Made by a program: the position numbers and the translations under genes
Source of the DNA: Candidatus Moranbacteria bacterium GW2011_GWC2_40_12
GTDB taxonomy: Bacteria > Patescibacteriota > Minisyncoccia > Moranbacterales > UBA11712
NCBI GenBank assembly: GCA_000995965.1
Contig: LBYD01000002.1
Span: forward strand, 71,889 to 135,888
Direction of reading: 5' to 3'
DNA: 64,000 nucleotides
Shown here: in pieces, positions 55,531 through 64,000 of the stretch
Layout: each line of letters starts with the position of its first letter
How positions within the stretch are numbered: the first letter of the stretch is position 1
Notes under the pieces: model-generated
The model's input: the letters and a program-made list of their open reading frames with translations, nothing else
What the model was told of the DNA's origin: nothing
Databases searched by the model: none

Positions 55531-56946
55531 TTATTTTCTTTTCAAAATTTTCACAACCCCCTTATCCGCATCCACCTCCACCAGATCGCCATCTTTGATA
55601 ACGTCCGTCGCGACGTGAGTTCCAACTAAGCAGGGTATTTTTAGCTCCCGAGAAATAATCGCCGCGTGTGACAGCAGGCCTCCTTCGTTCGTTACCAGAG
55701 CACTTGCCTTGCCGGCTATATCCATAACATTCGGCTGGGTCATTTGGGTCACAAGGATCTGCCCTTTTCGGAATTCTTTTCTTAAGCGTCTTGCATTTTC
55801 AATATCACCGGATAGTAAAATTTTTGCAACACCTCTAGCAATTCCAGAATTCGCCGAAATGCCTTTTATTTCATTGGTTTTAGCTATTTCATACAGCTCT
55901 TTTAGCTCTCTCTTCGCTAGTTTTTCAGCTTGAATGCCTGATTTGTATATGGCCCTGTTGTTTTTCCACAACACAGCGAAGCTTTTTTTTCTGTCCTTCC
56001 TTTCCTTTTCGGACAATTTTTTTCCTCTTATTAAAACTGCCTGAATATCTTTGAGAAGATATATTTTCTCTAAATTCACGATGGACTCGCCCGTTCTTTT
56101 CCCGATTTCTTCGAACAGGGGGATACAATTATAGTCGCTTCCCGCCCAAAGAGATTTTATTCTCATTCTTGCTAGCGCGAATTTTTGCAATACATCAACT
56201 AATTGCTTAATATTATTATACTTTTTTATAATTTTAGCCTGCTCCTGCCTCAACTTTTTCTTCTCTGCAATTATATTTTTTAACTTTTTATTTTTTTTGT
56301 CTTGCCTAAACCTTTCATTTATCGTATCTTGCGCTTCTTGTCTTGTTGAGTGAAAAAAAACAAGCCAGGGGTATTTTTCCAGATGACTGTTTATCATTTT
56401 CCTTGAAAAAGGTTTTATTAGAATTTTCTGCCAATCAATGAGCTCCTTATTGACTTCGTCTAATTCGACTGGCGTCATGAGCGCCAAAGCGTCTTTTTTT
56501 GAAACAGATTTTTCTAATTCCTTAACCAAATAATGCATCCCTTCTGCTTGCGTAACCTTGAATATCCCTATCGCGTATGACCATAATTTCACTGATTTTT
56601 CAACATATTTCAGCAAGGCTAGGTTTGACAGCTTTCTAAAATTTGCTTTTCTCAATTCTTTGTAAAAAGAATCGTATTCCCGACAAAATTTCTCTACTAT
56701 ACGAAAATAATTATCAATAGATTTTTTCTTGAGAAATATTTTCCCTTTCTCTGTGTTTGCTTTGAAATCTTTTTTGGAATAATAGTATGAAATATTATTA
56801 TTCCGGGAAATAGCAAAAGCTCGTTCAATTTTATTCCATGGGACAACCGCCTTGTATTTCGAATAAGAAATAATCTGATTCTGAAGCGTCTGGTGAAACT
56901 GAAAAGCGCTCCAAAAATATTTGTATGGAGATTTGCTCTTTTTCAT
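55531..56946 (-). CDS. PEP-utilizers (phospho-His swivel) domain protein with unknown 370-aa N-terminal domain (paralog 1)
   Basis: C-terminal ILVTQMTQPNVMDIAGKASALVTNEGGLLSHAAIISRELKIPCLVG matches the mobile His domain of PpsA/PPDK/RPH. Confidence 0.75.
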   Translation of the reverse strand: MKKSKSPYKYFWSAFQFHQTLQNQIISYSKYKAVVPWNKIERAFAISRNNNISYYYSKKDFKANTEKGKIFLKKKSIDNYFRIVEKFCREYDSFYKELRKANFRKLSNLALLKYVEKSVKLWSYAIGIFKVTQAEGMHYLVKELEKSVSKKDALALMTPVELDEVNKELIDWQKILIKPFSRKMINSHLEKYPWLVFFHSTRQEAQDTINERFRQDKKNKKLKNIIAEKKKLRQEQAKIIKKYNNIKQLVDVLQKFALARMRIKSLWAGSDYNCIPLFEEIGKRTGESIVNLEKIYLLKDIQAVLIRGKKLSEKERKDRKKSFAVLWKNNRAIYKSGIQAEKLAKRELKELYEIAKTNEIKGISANSGIARGVAKILLSGDIENARRLRKEFRKGQILVTQMTQPNVMDIAGKASALVTNEGGLLSHAAIISRELKIPCLVGTHVATDVIKDGDLVEVDADKGVVKILKRK

Positions 56947-56966
56947 GAGAAAAAATTTAATCAGAA

Positions 56967-57899
56967 TTATTTAATCTCCTTCTCTTCAAAATCTCGGAAT
57001 TGCGCAATCACTTTTCCATCGTCATCTACTCGGAATCTTATTTCTTCGCAGTTTTTCATCTCAATTTCCTGGTTTCCGTTTTCTTTTTGGAAATATTCGT
57101 TCAGGAAGTAGCCAAAAACGTCCACATGGCTATTGCCGACAACCCTAATATTTTTGGAATGATTCAAGTGATTCTGCTGATGGACTTTTGCTCCATGTTC
57201 GATCAACTTGATAATTTGCGAAAACTGTTTTTCGAATTTGTCTTTTGCCGTGATTGCGTGAGGAAATAATTGCTGGATCGCTTCCGAATGGCGGTAATAA
57301 TTTCCCCACCAGGAACCCTGATCGTCCGCATTTATAATTTCCCGGGATTTCATCCATTTTTCTTTGACGTCTATTTCTTCAAGAGCTTCCCAATTGATGT
57401 CTGTCCGCAAATACTTGTCGGGATTATAAATCCCGATCAGGAGGGCATCCTTGACACTGAGTCCTAGCGCCCTGATAACTCTGATTTTTTCAAACGGAAT
57501 ATCCTGGACATGCTTTCCCGATCTTTTTTCTTCATCATGCCTTATTATTTCAAACCCTCTCCTTTCCGCTTCCTCAAGATATATTTTTGTCGTGCTCAAA
57601 GACCTGTCCTCCTCGCTCGAAAAAAACAAAAAAGCGTCCTTTTGCGGATCGAATTGGTCAAAAAATTTGACCGCCGCCTGCAGGGCAATTTCAATTCCTT
57701 GTTCCGTGAGATCAAAGACTTGATCCTTATAGTCAACCGGGCCGGTAGGTGTTTCTGATTTTTCAACGCGAGCATAGTTTTTATATTGGCTCGCCGAATG
57801 CCTGATTATATGGGCAGTAAACAAAGACTGTTTCTCGTCTTCCTTTTTTTCCGTTGCCGCATCAGCGATCACAGTTTCCCCTTCAATTTTTTTTAACAT
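56967..57899 (-). CDS. histidine-phosphatase-superfamily-like protein
   Basis: N-terminal HIIRHSAS (RHG-like) and later VVGNSHVDVF (second His motif). Tentative. Confidence 0.35.
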   Translation of the reverse strand: MLKKIEGETVIADAATEKKEDEKQSLFTAHIIRHSASQYKNYARVEKSETPTGPVDYKDQVFDLTEQGIEIALQAAVKFFDQFDPQKDAFLFFSSEEDRSLSTTKIYLEEAERRGFEIIRHDEEKRSGKHVQDIPFEKIRVIRALGLSVKDALLIGIYNPDKYLRTDINWEALEEIDVKEKWMKSREIINADDQGSWWGNYYRHSEAIQQLFPHAITAKDKFEKQFSQIIKLIEHGAKVHQQNHLNHSKNIRVVGNSHVDVFGYFLNEYFQKENGNQEIEMKNCEEIRFRVDDDGKVIAQFRDFEEKEIK

Positions 57900-57964
57900 A
57901 AATTTAAACCTAAAAATTACCTGAAATATTTCAGCTTACAAATTCCGCTCTGCTTTCAAAAACA

Positions 57965-58561
57965 CTAAAAATCAAACTTCTTTTTTTCTTCCTGGCGTAA
58001 ACGATCGCTTAATCTTGCTCGATAATTTTGCACCAGATTTTTTATTAATTCTGGTCGCGACTCAATGTTGAAACCCAAATTTCTTAGATCATAACCTATG
58101 CTGTGTATTGCCCTTTGAATCATTTCTTCGTTGTAGATTATTTTTTCTCCGTCAGATTTCCTTGTTCTATCCTCGATTAATTCTGGTTTTATTTCCACTT
58201 CTGCAATATTTCCTTCTTTATCCACATATAATAGTTCGATGTAAGGATGCTTTATAAGCATAGCGGTTAGGCTGCCGAATCCCGGCACAATTCTTGATGT
58301 TGCTTCGGGTGGTAATTGCGGTATTTCATTTGCCAACATAACAATCTTTTTATGAAGTCGAATATAGCTCGCCAAATCCTTTGCTCTTCCTTCTTTTTCA
58401 AGCTTTTCCTGCATTTGCGGCATTTCCTCTTTTTTTCCGACAAGAATTGCCGCACCGCTGTCGGGGGTTTCGGATTCAAAACCCTCCTCATTGAGACCCT
58501 TTTTTACCTCCGGGTCGATTTCCATGTTTGGCATAGATTCTCCTCTTTCCTTATATGGCAT
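57965..58561 (-). CDS. hypothetical protein
   Basis: 198 aa, acidic N-terminus, no recognisable motif. Confidence 0.4.
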   Translation of the reverse strand: MPYKERGESMPNMEIDPEVKKGLNEEGFESETPDSGAAILVGKKEEMPQMQEKLEKEGRAKDLASYIRLHKKIVMLANEIPQLPPEATSRIVPGFGSLTAMLIKHPYIELLYVDKEGNIAEVEIKPELIEDRTRKSDGEKIIYNEEMIQRAIHSIGYDLRNLGFNIESRPELIKNLVQNYRARLSDRLRQEEKKKFDF

Positions 58562-58595
58562 GCTGCCAACTTCGGAAAGAAATAATTATGGTTGC

Positions 58596-60144
58596 TTAAA
58601 TTGTATACAAAACATCTTTCACGACAAGTCTTTCCCGCCCTTCCACGAATTTATCATATCCAAATTCAAGGTATTTTGAAAGAAACAGGGCTTCTTCTTT
58701 CGTTTTTATTTTGTAATCAGGATTATCCTTTTGTATTTTCGAAAATGCCGCGTCGGATACCAGTTTTTCCGCCAGTTCGGACAAAAGGCCGTCCGATTTT
58801 GTGTAGTTCATCCCGATTTTCATTCCGGCGCCGTTGGCAAACGGCACTTTCTCGCGATATGCAATATATTTCGGAAGACATTTTGAAGCTATTCTCCTGA
58901 GAATCATCTTTGTGAAATCTTTCCCCTTATATTTCCCAACTTTAAAAGAGCCAGGAAGCGACATGGCATATTTCACTATTTGCGTATCGAAGAAAGGGCA
59001 ACGGGTTTCAACCGCGTGTCTCATTGCCAATTTGTCAATCCTCATAAGATTCCCTTTTGACATGGAATCGAGAAGCATTTTGCATCCAAGATTGATTTTT
59101 GATTTATCAATTTCCAAAAATTCATTGTATCCGGCAAAAATTTCGTCAGATCCCTCGCCGGTGAGCACAACTTTGTATCCCAAATTATGTGCGAATTTTG
59201 ATATCACGTTATTGGCAAAGGAATGCCGGACTATATTTGGATCATACGTTTCGAGATGATATATGACGCCAGGCAATTCTTTTTCATAATCTATATCCGG
59301 ATCAACTATTTTATATTTCCATTTCTTTTTCCTGCATAAGCCGATAGCCGCCTTATAGTCCGACGAATCTTTGTATCCCAATATCAGAGCTGTCACATCC
59401 GGATGGAATCTTGTCGCAAGTTCCATCACAAGACTGCTGTCAACTCCTCCGCTTAAAAATACAGCTATCGGAAATGTTGTTTGCACTCGTTTTTTCACGG
59501 CATCTTCTATTAGGATAGACAACTCTTTTGAAGCATCTTCTCTGGTGATTTTCTTTTCCGTTACTGGCAAATGAAAATACTTGTGAAATTTTCCTTTGTA
59601 GAAATAATTTCCGGGAGGAAACTCGTGGATCTTTTTTATGCCGGGAAGACTGATTAGCGCTTTTATCTCTGATGCTAGATAAAAATTATTATTGTTGCAA
59701 AATGCGTAATAAAGAGGCTTGACACCCAGAGGATCGCGCGCCGCAAAAACTTTCTCTTTTTTCACGTCATAAACAGCGAAAGCAAACATTTCAGAATCAA
59801 TCTTAATGTACCATTTTCTCTTTGTATTCTTCCCATAAATGAGGCAAAATTTCGGTGTCGTTTTCCGTTTTGATGATATGACCAAGAGACCGAAGTCTTT
59901 TTGCGAGCTTCACATGATTGAAAATTTCGCCGTTCTGGGTCGCATAAATTGTTTTTTCTTCGTTTGCTTTCGGCTGTCTCCCGGACTCCTCATCTACGAT
60001 TGCAAGCCGATTAGCGCCAAGGGCAGCACCTTTAAAAACTTCGTATTCATAAGGGTGATTTCCCCGATGTTTGATCTCTGAAAGAGCTTTTTTGATCTTT
60101 TTTCTGTTATCCCTATGTGATCCTATTATGGCTATCCCGCACAT
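58596..60144 (-). pseudogene. asnB: asparagine synthetase (glutamine-hydrolysing) AsnB-type amidotransferase, interrupted by a 1-nt frameshift
   Basis: The N-terminal Ntn glutaminase fragment (MCGIAII...) ends at 59803. The synthetase domain (SEMFAFAVYD..., PP-loop AVFLSGGVDSS) continues in the +1 frame from 59885. Deleting one A from the A4 run in GAGAAAATGGTAC restores ...LWEEYKEKWYIKIDSEMFAFAVYD. Confidence 0.7.
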
Positions 60145-60161
60145 ATAGCTTTCGAAAATGA

Positions 60162-61742
60162 TTATTTTTTTGTGTTCAATAATCTTACAACCCCTCGAAC
60201 GGCGTCCACTTCAATTTCGTCTCCTGTCCTGACAATTCTCGTGGCAATTCGAGTGCCAACAACGCAGGGCAGTTTGAATTCACGGCTAATGATCGCTGCG
60301 TGGCAGGACATTCCGCCTTCATCCGTCACCACCGCGGTAGCTTTCCGGAACACGGGAATAAATTCTATTGTGGTCATATAAGTGACCAGAATTTCTCCTT
60401 TTTTGAATTCCGAAATTCCCGACGCGTCTTCAAGCACTCTGGCAATTCCCCGGATTTTCCCTCTCGAGGCTGCCAATCCTTTGAACTGCGAAATGTTCGC
60501 ATATTTTTTGAACGGCTCACCGATGTTTTCTTTTCTTATCAACACTTCGATATTTTTTTTGCCGGAAATGATATTCATTTCTCCCTTTTTTATAACAATC
60601 CCAAATCCATTCTTTTGCCTGTCAGCAATTTCTTTTTTTGAAATTATTTTTCCGGTCTTCAAAAATTCTCCGACTTCGGGATACGAGCAATATAAGATAT
60701 CATCTCTGGTTATGCCGGCCCTTCTGGCAACTTCATCCAGCAGATTATTGTAGCTCAAAAGCGCCTTGGTGAAATATCCCTTTGCCCAGTCCCTTTGGGC
60801 AATAAGCTCCGAAAGGGCATCAAGCGCGTGCACTACGTCTTTCGGAGGCTTCAGCTCTGTGATAATTTTCTGCCTTTGCTTGTTCAGCTGGGCAAAATTA
60901 TCCAAGATTTCTCTCAACTTTTCATCTGGTTTTTGTTTAGCGACAATGGCTTGTCTGAAAAGATCAACCCATTTTTCTCTCGACCAGCCCCCACTAACAT
61001 ATTCCGTGTTGATCCACTCATATTTTTGGATATGTTTTTCAAACAATATATTTTCGCGTTTATAACTTCTCAATTTCAGCGAAATATTTTTGTTGTTTTC
61101 ATTTTCAAATAAGCTTCTAATTTTTTTATTTTTATAAAGTTCCAACGCGACTTGATGGAAATTCTTCTGTTCGGTAAAAGCAACAGTCTCGCCCGTGTTG
61201 ACGGAAAGCAGTTCTTTGTAGGCTTGAAATTCCCTCTCTTTTTTCAATTCTTTCAGGCGTTTTCTCAAAAATTTGATTATCCGCCAGTTTTCATCAAAGC
61301 ACGCTTCAATTCCCCAAAGCTGAACGGTTATCAAAGGGCAGGCCATTATCGCTTCGATAAATCCGTCGTAAAGTTTTTTTAATTCATTATTCGACAGCAA
61401 GGACAAATTGTCCTGGTCGATTTCCATGCATTTGAAAAATACCGCACCGAATATTTCATTTGTTCTTTTTCCGAAATCCCCGACAAAGTTAGGATTACTG
61501 TCGATGCTTCTTTGGACATCTTTGTATTTGTCTTTGCTTGAAAACTGGTTTTTGTCATAGAAAACATAGCAGCCTTTCCCGGGAACACCGACGACTATCT
61601 GGCAGTCGAACCAAAAGTTGACCACCGGCGCCCAGCCCCTGCCTTTCATCCCGTGCATGAGAAAACTGAAGTGATGAAGGCTGGCATTTCTCCGATGCGC
61701 CCAGAACCAGATTACTTTTTTGCTATTTTTTTTCTTGGCCAT
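60162..61742 (-). CDS. PEP-utilizers (phospho-His swivel) domain protein with unknown 420-aa N-terminal domain (paralog 2)
   Basis: C-terminal ILVTYMTTIEFIPVFRKATAVVTDEGGMSCHAAIISREFKLPCVVG. Confidence 0.75.
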   Translation of the reverse strand: MAKKKNSKKVIWFWAHRRNASLHHFSFLMHGMKGRGWAPVVNFWFDCQIVVGVPGKGCYVFYDKNQFSSKDKYKDVQRSIDSNPNFVGDFGKRTNEIFGAVFFKCMEIDQDNLSLLSNNELKKLYDGFIEAIMACPLITVQLWGIEACFDENWRIIKFLRKRLKELKKEREFQAYKELLSVNTGETVAFTEQKNFHQVALELYKNKKIRSLFENENNKNISLKLRSYKRENILFEKHIQKYEWINTEYVSGGWSREKWVDLFRQAIVAKQKPDEKLREILDNFAQLNKQRQKIITELKPPKDVVHALDALSELIAQRDWAKGYFTKALLSYNNLLDEVARRAGITRDDILYCSYPEVGEFLKTGKIISKKEIADRQKNGFGIVIKKGEMNIISGKKNIEVLIRKENIGEPFKKYANISQFKGLAASRGKIRGIARVLEDASGISEFKKGEILVTYMTTIEFIPVFRKATAVVTDEGGMSCHAAIISREFKLPCVVGTRIATRIVRTGDEIEVDAVRGVVRLLNTKK

Positions 61743-62646
61743 GTTTCATTTTTTCTAAATCAATTAAACCCTCAAATTTTTTTCCCGGATAAAATTCTCC
61801 TGCCACTTTAATTTTGGGAGGATCGGAATTAATAAAATCTATCTCAAATGATCCTGATTCCCTAATAATTCCACCAGTTTTTTTGAAGAATTCTTCCGAC
61901 GCCAGTTCCTCTGCGCTCATCCCATCCTCAAAAACCAAATATTTTTTGAGAAATGCCATCACCGGAAAAGAATGCGTCACATCAATCTGGAGATACGGAT
62001 CGCCGGCAGGCTGTTTGCCTCCGGCTTCTTTTTGCCTGTCCAATAAATTCAGATGATGGCTAAATCCAAAATAGCGCTTCGCAAAAATATCTGCAAGCTC
62101 ACCGTAGGTCGTTTCAAAGCGCCTGGCCGGAAACGGATCATTTTCTTCATCAAACATTTCGGACAAAACCTTCATATCCATCCTGTTCCTTATTTCCGCT
62201 TCTTTTGCTTCGCCATTTAGATCCGGATATTCTTTTTCTATCTCTTCAACAATCATTGGCTGCATTTCTTTCTGCATAGCGACAATCCTGCCAAGATCCG
62301 CTGCGTACTTTTTTTCCTTGGCGTCTTCGAGCGGTTGAAATGGCACTTCAAGTTTTTCATCTTTTCTGATATATTCTTTGGTCCGATGGCTCGTGCCACT
62401 CAATTCCTCCTGGGCGATATTCGCTGTATCCACAGCTCTTTGCACAGAGCTTGTAGCAACTCGGGCAAGCCCGATCCCATCCTTAGCATCCAATTTATCA
62501 AAGCCTTGCCTGACTGAATCATCAAAATACGCAGCTTTGGCATTTTTTTCTCCCGCCGCGCTAAGTTTCGGACCGTGGCGAAAAACAATAACTCTCAAAG
62601 TCACTTTTCCCTTGCTATCAAGATTTATTTCTTTTTCTATTGACAC
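61723..62646 (-). CDS. histidine-phosphatase-superfamily protein
   Basis: LRVIVFRHGPK (RHG motif) near the N-terminus and a later THS motif. Length 307 aa. Confidence 0.45.
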   Translation of the reverse strand: MSIEKEINLDSKGKVTLRVIVFRHGPKLSAAGEKNAKAAYFDDSVRQGFDKLDAKDGIGLARVATSSVQRAVDTANIAQEELSGTSHRTKEYIRKDEKLEVPFQPLEDAKEKKYAADLGRIVAMQKEMQPMIVEEIEKEYPDLNGEAKEAEIRNRMDMKVLSEMFDEENDPFPARRFETTYGELADIFAKRYFGFSHHLNLLDRQKEAGGKQPAGDPYLQIDVTHSFPVMAFLKKYLVFEDGMSAEELASEEFFKKTGGIIRESGSFEIDFINSDPPKIKVAGEFYPGKKFEGLIDLEKMKHGQEKK

Positions 62647-63968
62647 TATTTTTTCCTTTTTATTATCTTGATTATACCACGATCCGCGTCCACTTCCACG
62701 AGATCGCCATCGTGCAAAACTTTGGTCGCGATTTTCGTGCCGATGATGCAGGGCTTGTTAAGCTCGCGTGAAACAATCGAGGCGTGCGAAGTAATACCTC
62801 CCTCATTGGTGACAAAAGCGCCGGCTCGTTCCATAAGAGGAATAAAATCCACCGAGGTCATGGCAGTGACAATAATATCGCCGTCTTTGAATTTTCCAAA
62901 ATCTTTTTTTTCCAGAATTATTTTAGCTGTCCCCACTATTTTCCCCTTATTTGCTATCATACCTTTGATTTCCCCGCCCACTGATATTTTATCCTCGTCT
63001 TTGATGCTATTTATTTCATCAATGAAAGGCACTATTTCTTTCTTCGTCAGGATTTTGTAACCTGGCAATGCATCGGCATAAATAATTCCCGTCCAATCTC
63101 TATTTTTAATTATTCGAGCAATTTTTTTGTCATTTTCAAAATGCAACTTGAAAATTTCCTCAGGTGTCAACTTCCAGCAATCCCTCCAATCTTTCGATTC
63201 ATTATCCAGCGCAATTTCTTTGAATAATGGCCGATAAGCAAGACTGGCCCGGCAGAATACATATTTGCGATATTCATTGAGGATTGTTCCTACTTGCAAA
63301 ACCTCGGCCAGCTGCGTAATTTCGGCATTCTTTTTCTCTTTGAGTTTTCTCTTCGCTATTTTTATTTTTTCTTTATGGTTTTGCAGTATATTTTCTTTCT
63401 CTTTTTTGCAATCATACTTATTGAGCGCCATCAGTTGTTTCATTATGTCCTTTCTCGTCCACGGATCCTCATTGAAATTCACAGGTACAAAATGATACTT
63501 CGCATAATATTTTTCGAAAATCTCTGAAGCTTTCGGAAATTTTTTTATATTATTTGTCTTTATCCCGTGTTTTCGTAAATATATGCATAAATCGAGCAAA
63601 TCAAGCCGAGATTCCACTAGGGGGGTGTGTTTTGGAGGGTAAGTGATTTCCGCAACCAGAAATTCAAGCTCATTCTGGCCAATATTCGGATAATATAATC
63701 TTAATTTATCAACCAGCAATCCGTGGACGAGTCTCCCGATAGCCGTGGTTATATATAGCCCCGCCGACAAATTGAGATTGGCCTTTATGTAGTTTTTATA
63801 TTCCCGCTCGCCCGCCTTTTTTTCCAATGCATCACTTGCTCCCAATAAATTATTGCCGTGTTTTTGGTAAGCTGATTGTAGTTTTCCAAATTTAGCTGGA
63901 TTCAAACATATTTCGCAAATTTTTTTGTGATAATTGTCTGAATTATCTTGGCTATGATGAGCAAACAT
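62646..63968 (-). CDS. PEP-utilizers (phospho-His swivel) domain protein with unknown 340-aa N-terminal domain (paralog 3)
   Basis: C-terminal IIVTAMTSVDFIPLMERAGAFVTNEGGITSHASIVSRELNKPCIIG. Confidence 0.75.
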   Translation of the reverse strand: MFAHHSQDNSDNYHKKICEICLNPAKFGKLQSAYQKHGNNLLGASDALEKKAGEREYKNYIKANLNLSAGLYITTAIGRLVHGLLVDKLRLYYPNIGQNELEFLVAEITYPPKHTPLVESRLDLLDLCIYLRKHGIKTNNIKKFPKASEIFEKYYAKYHFVPVNFNEDPWTRKDIMKQLMALNKYDCKKEKENILQNHKEKIKIAKRKLKEKKNAEITQLAEVLQVGTILNEYRKYVFCRASLAYRPLFKEIALDNESKDWRDCWKLTPEEIFKLHFENDKKIARIIKNRDWTGIIYADALPGYKILTKKEIVPFIDEINSIKDEDKISVGGEIKGMIANKGKIVGTAKIILEKKDFGKFKDGDIIVTAMTSVDFIPLMERAGAFVTNEGGITSHASIVSRELNKPCIIGTKIATKVLHDGDLVEVDADRGIIKIIKRKK

Positions 63969-64000
63969 GATTGATCCGTTTTTTACGACGAATAAGTGTT

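Noticed and set aside
1-64000. CRISPR arrays, rRNA genes, transposase-containing IS elements
   Set aside because: No regular repeat-spacer arrays, no rRNA-like conserved stretches and no transposase or integrase ORFs were seen anywhere in the window. The only mobile-like signatures are the GIY-YIG/tRNA insertion, the 62-bp ppsA-end duplication and small palindromic repeats.

Overview
This is a densely packed, low-GC window of roughly 38-40% GC with about 70 genes. Most genes lie on the minus strand. I found no rRNA genes and no CRISPR arrays.

Housekeeping genes I am confident of: dnaG (5' part, runs off the window start), ahcY with an adjacent PfkB-type kinase, ppsA, pyk, htpX, lemA, a Mur ligase, a FemAB-family transferase, ruvA, rpsT, holA, mutM, polA, tsaE, a GH1 beta-glucosidase and ruvB (ruvB lies far from ruvA).

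Accessory content includes an AbiEi/AbiEii toxin-antitoxin pair beside a Schlafen/AlbA_2-HATPase protein, and a frameshifted P-loop kinase.

A tRNA-Ser(GGA) gene carries a small GIY-YIG endonuclease insertion at its 5' end, bounded by a 23-bp direct repeat.

Other unusual features are a 62-bp duplication of the ppsA 3' end around a secreted-protein gene, a PilB/GspE ATPase made of two tandem ATPase modules, and a CadC-like/FGE-sulfatase one-component protein. There is also a surface protein with four lamin-tail domains and a PKD domain, plus several GC-rich structured intergenic elements that may be ncRNAs.

The most interesting region is a roughly 10-kb minus-strand operon at 53759-63968. It encodes one stand-alone PPDK_N/ATP-grasp-type domain protein and three paralogs that each pair an unknown N-terminal domain with a C-terminal PEP-utilizers phospho-His swivel domain. 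It also encodes two histidine-phosphatase-family proteins, a SAM methyltransferase and an AsnB-type amidotransferase. I interpret it as a candidate split phosphotransfer system resembling rifampin phosphotransferase and PEP synthase.

Taxonomic placement cannot be settled from the sequence. The mix of FemAB, PilB, lamin-tail-domain surface protein, many small hypothetical genes and low GC would fit a small-genome CPR/Patescibacteria-like bacterium. All product calls rest on motif recognition by eye, not on database searches.
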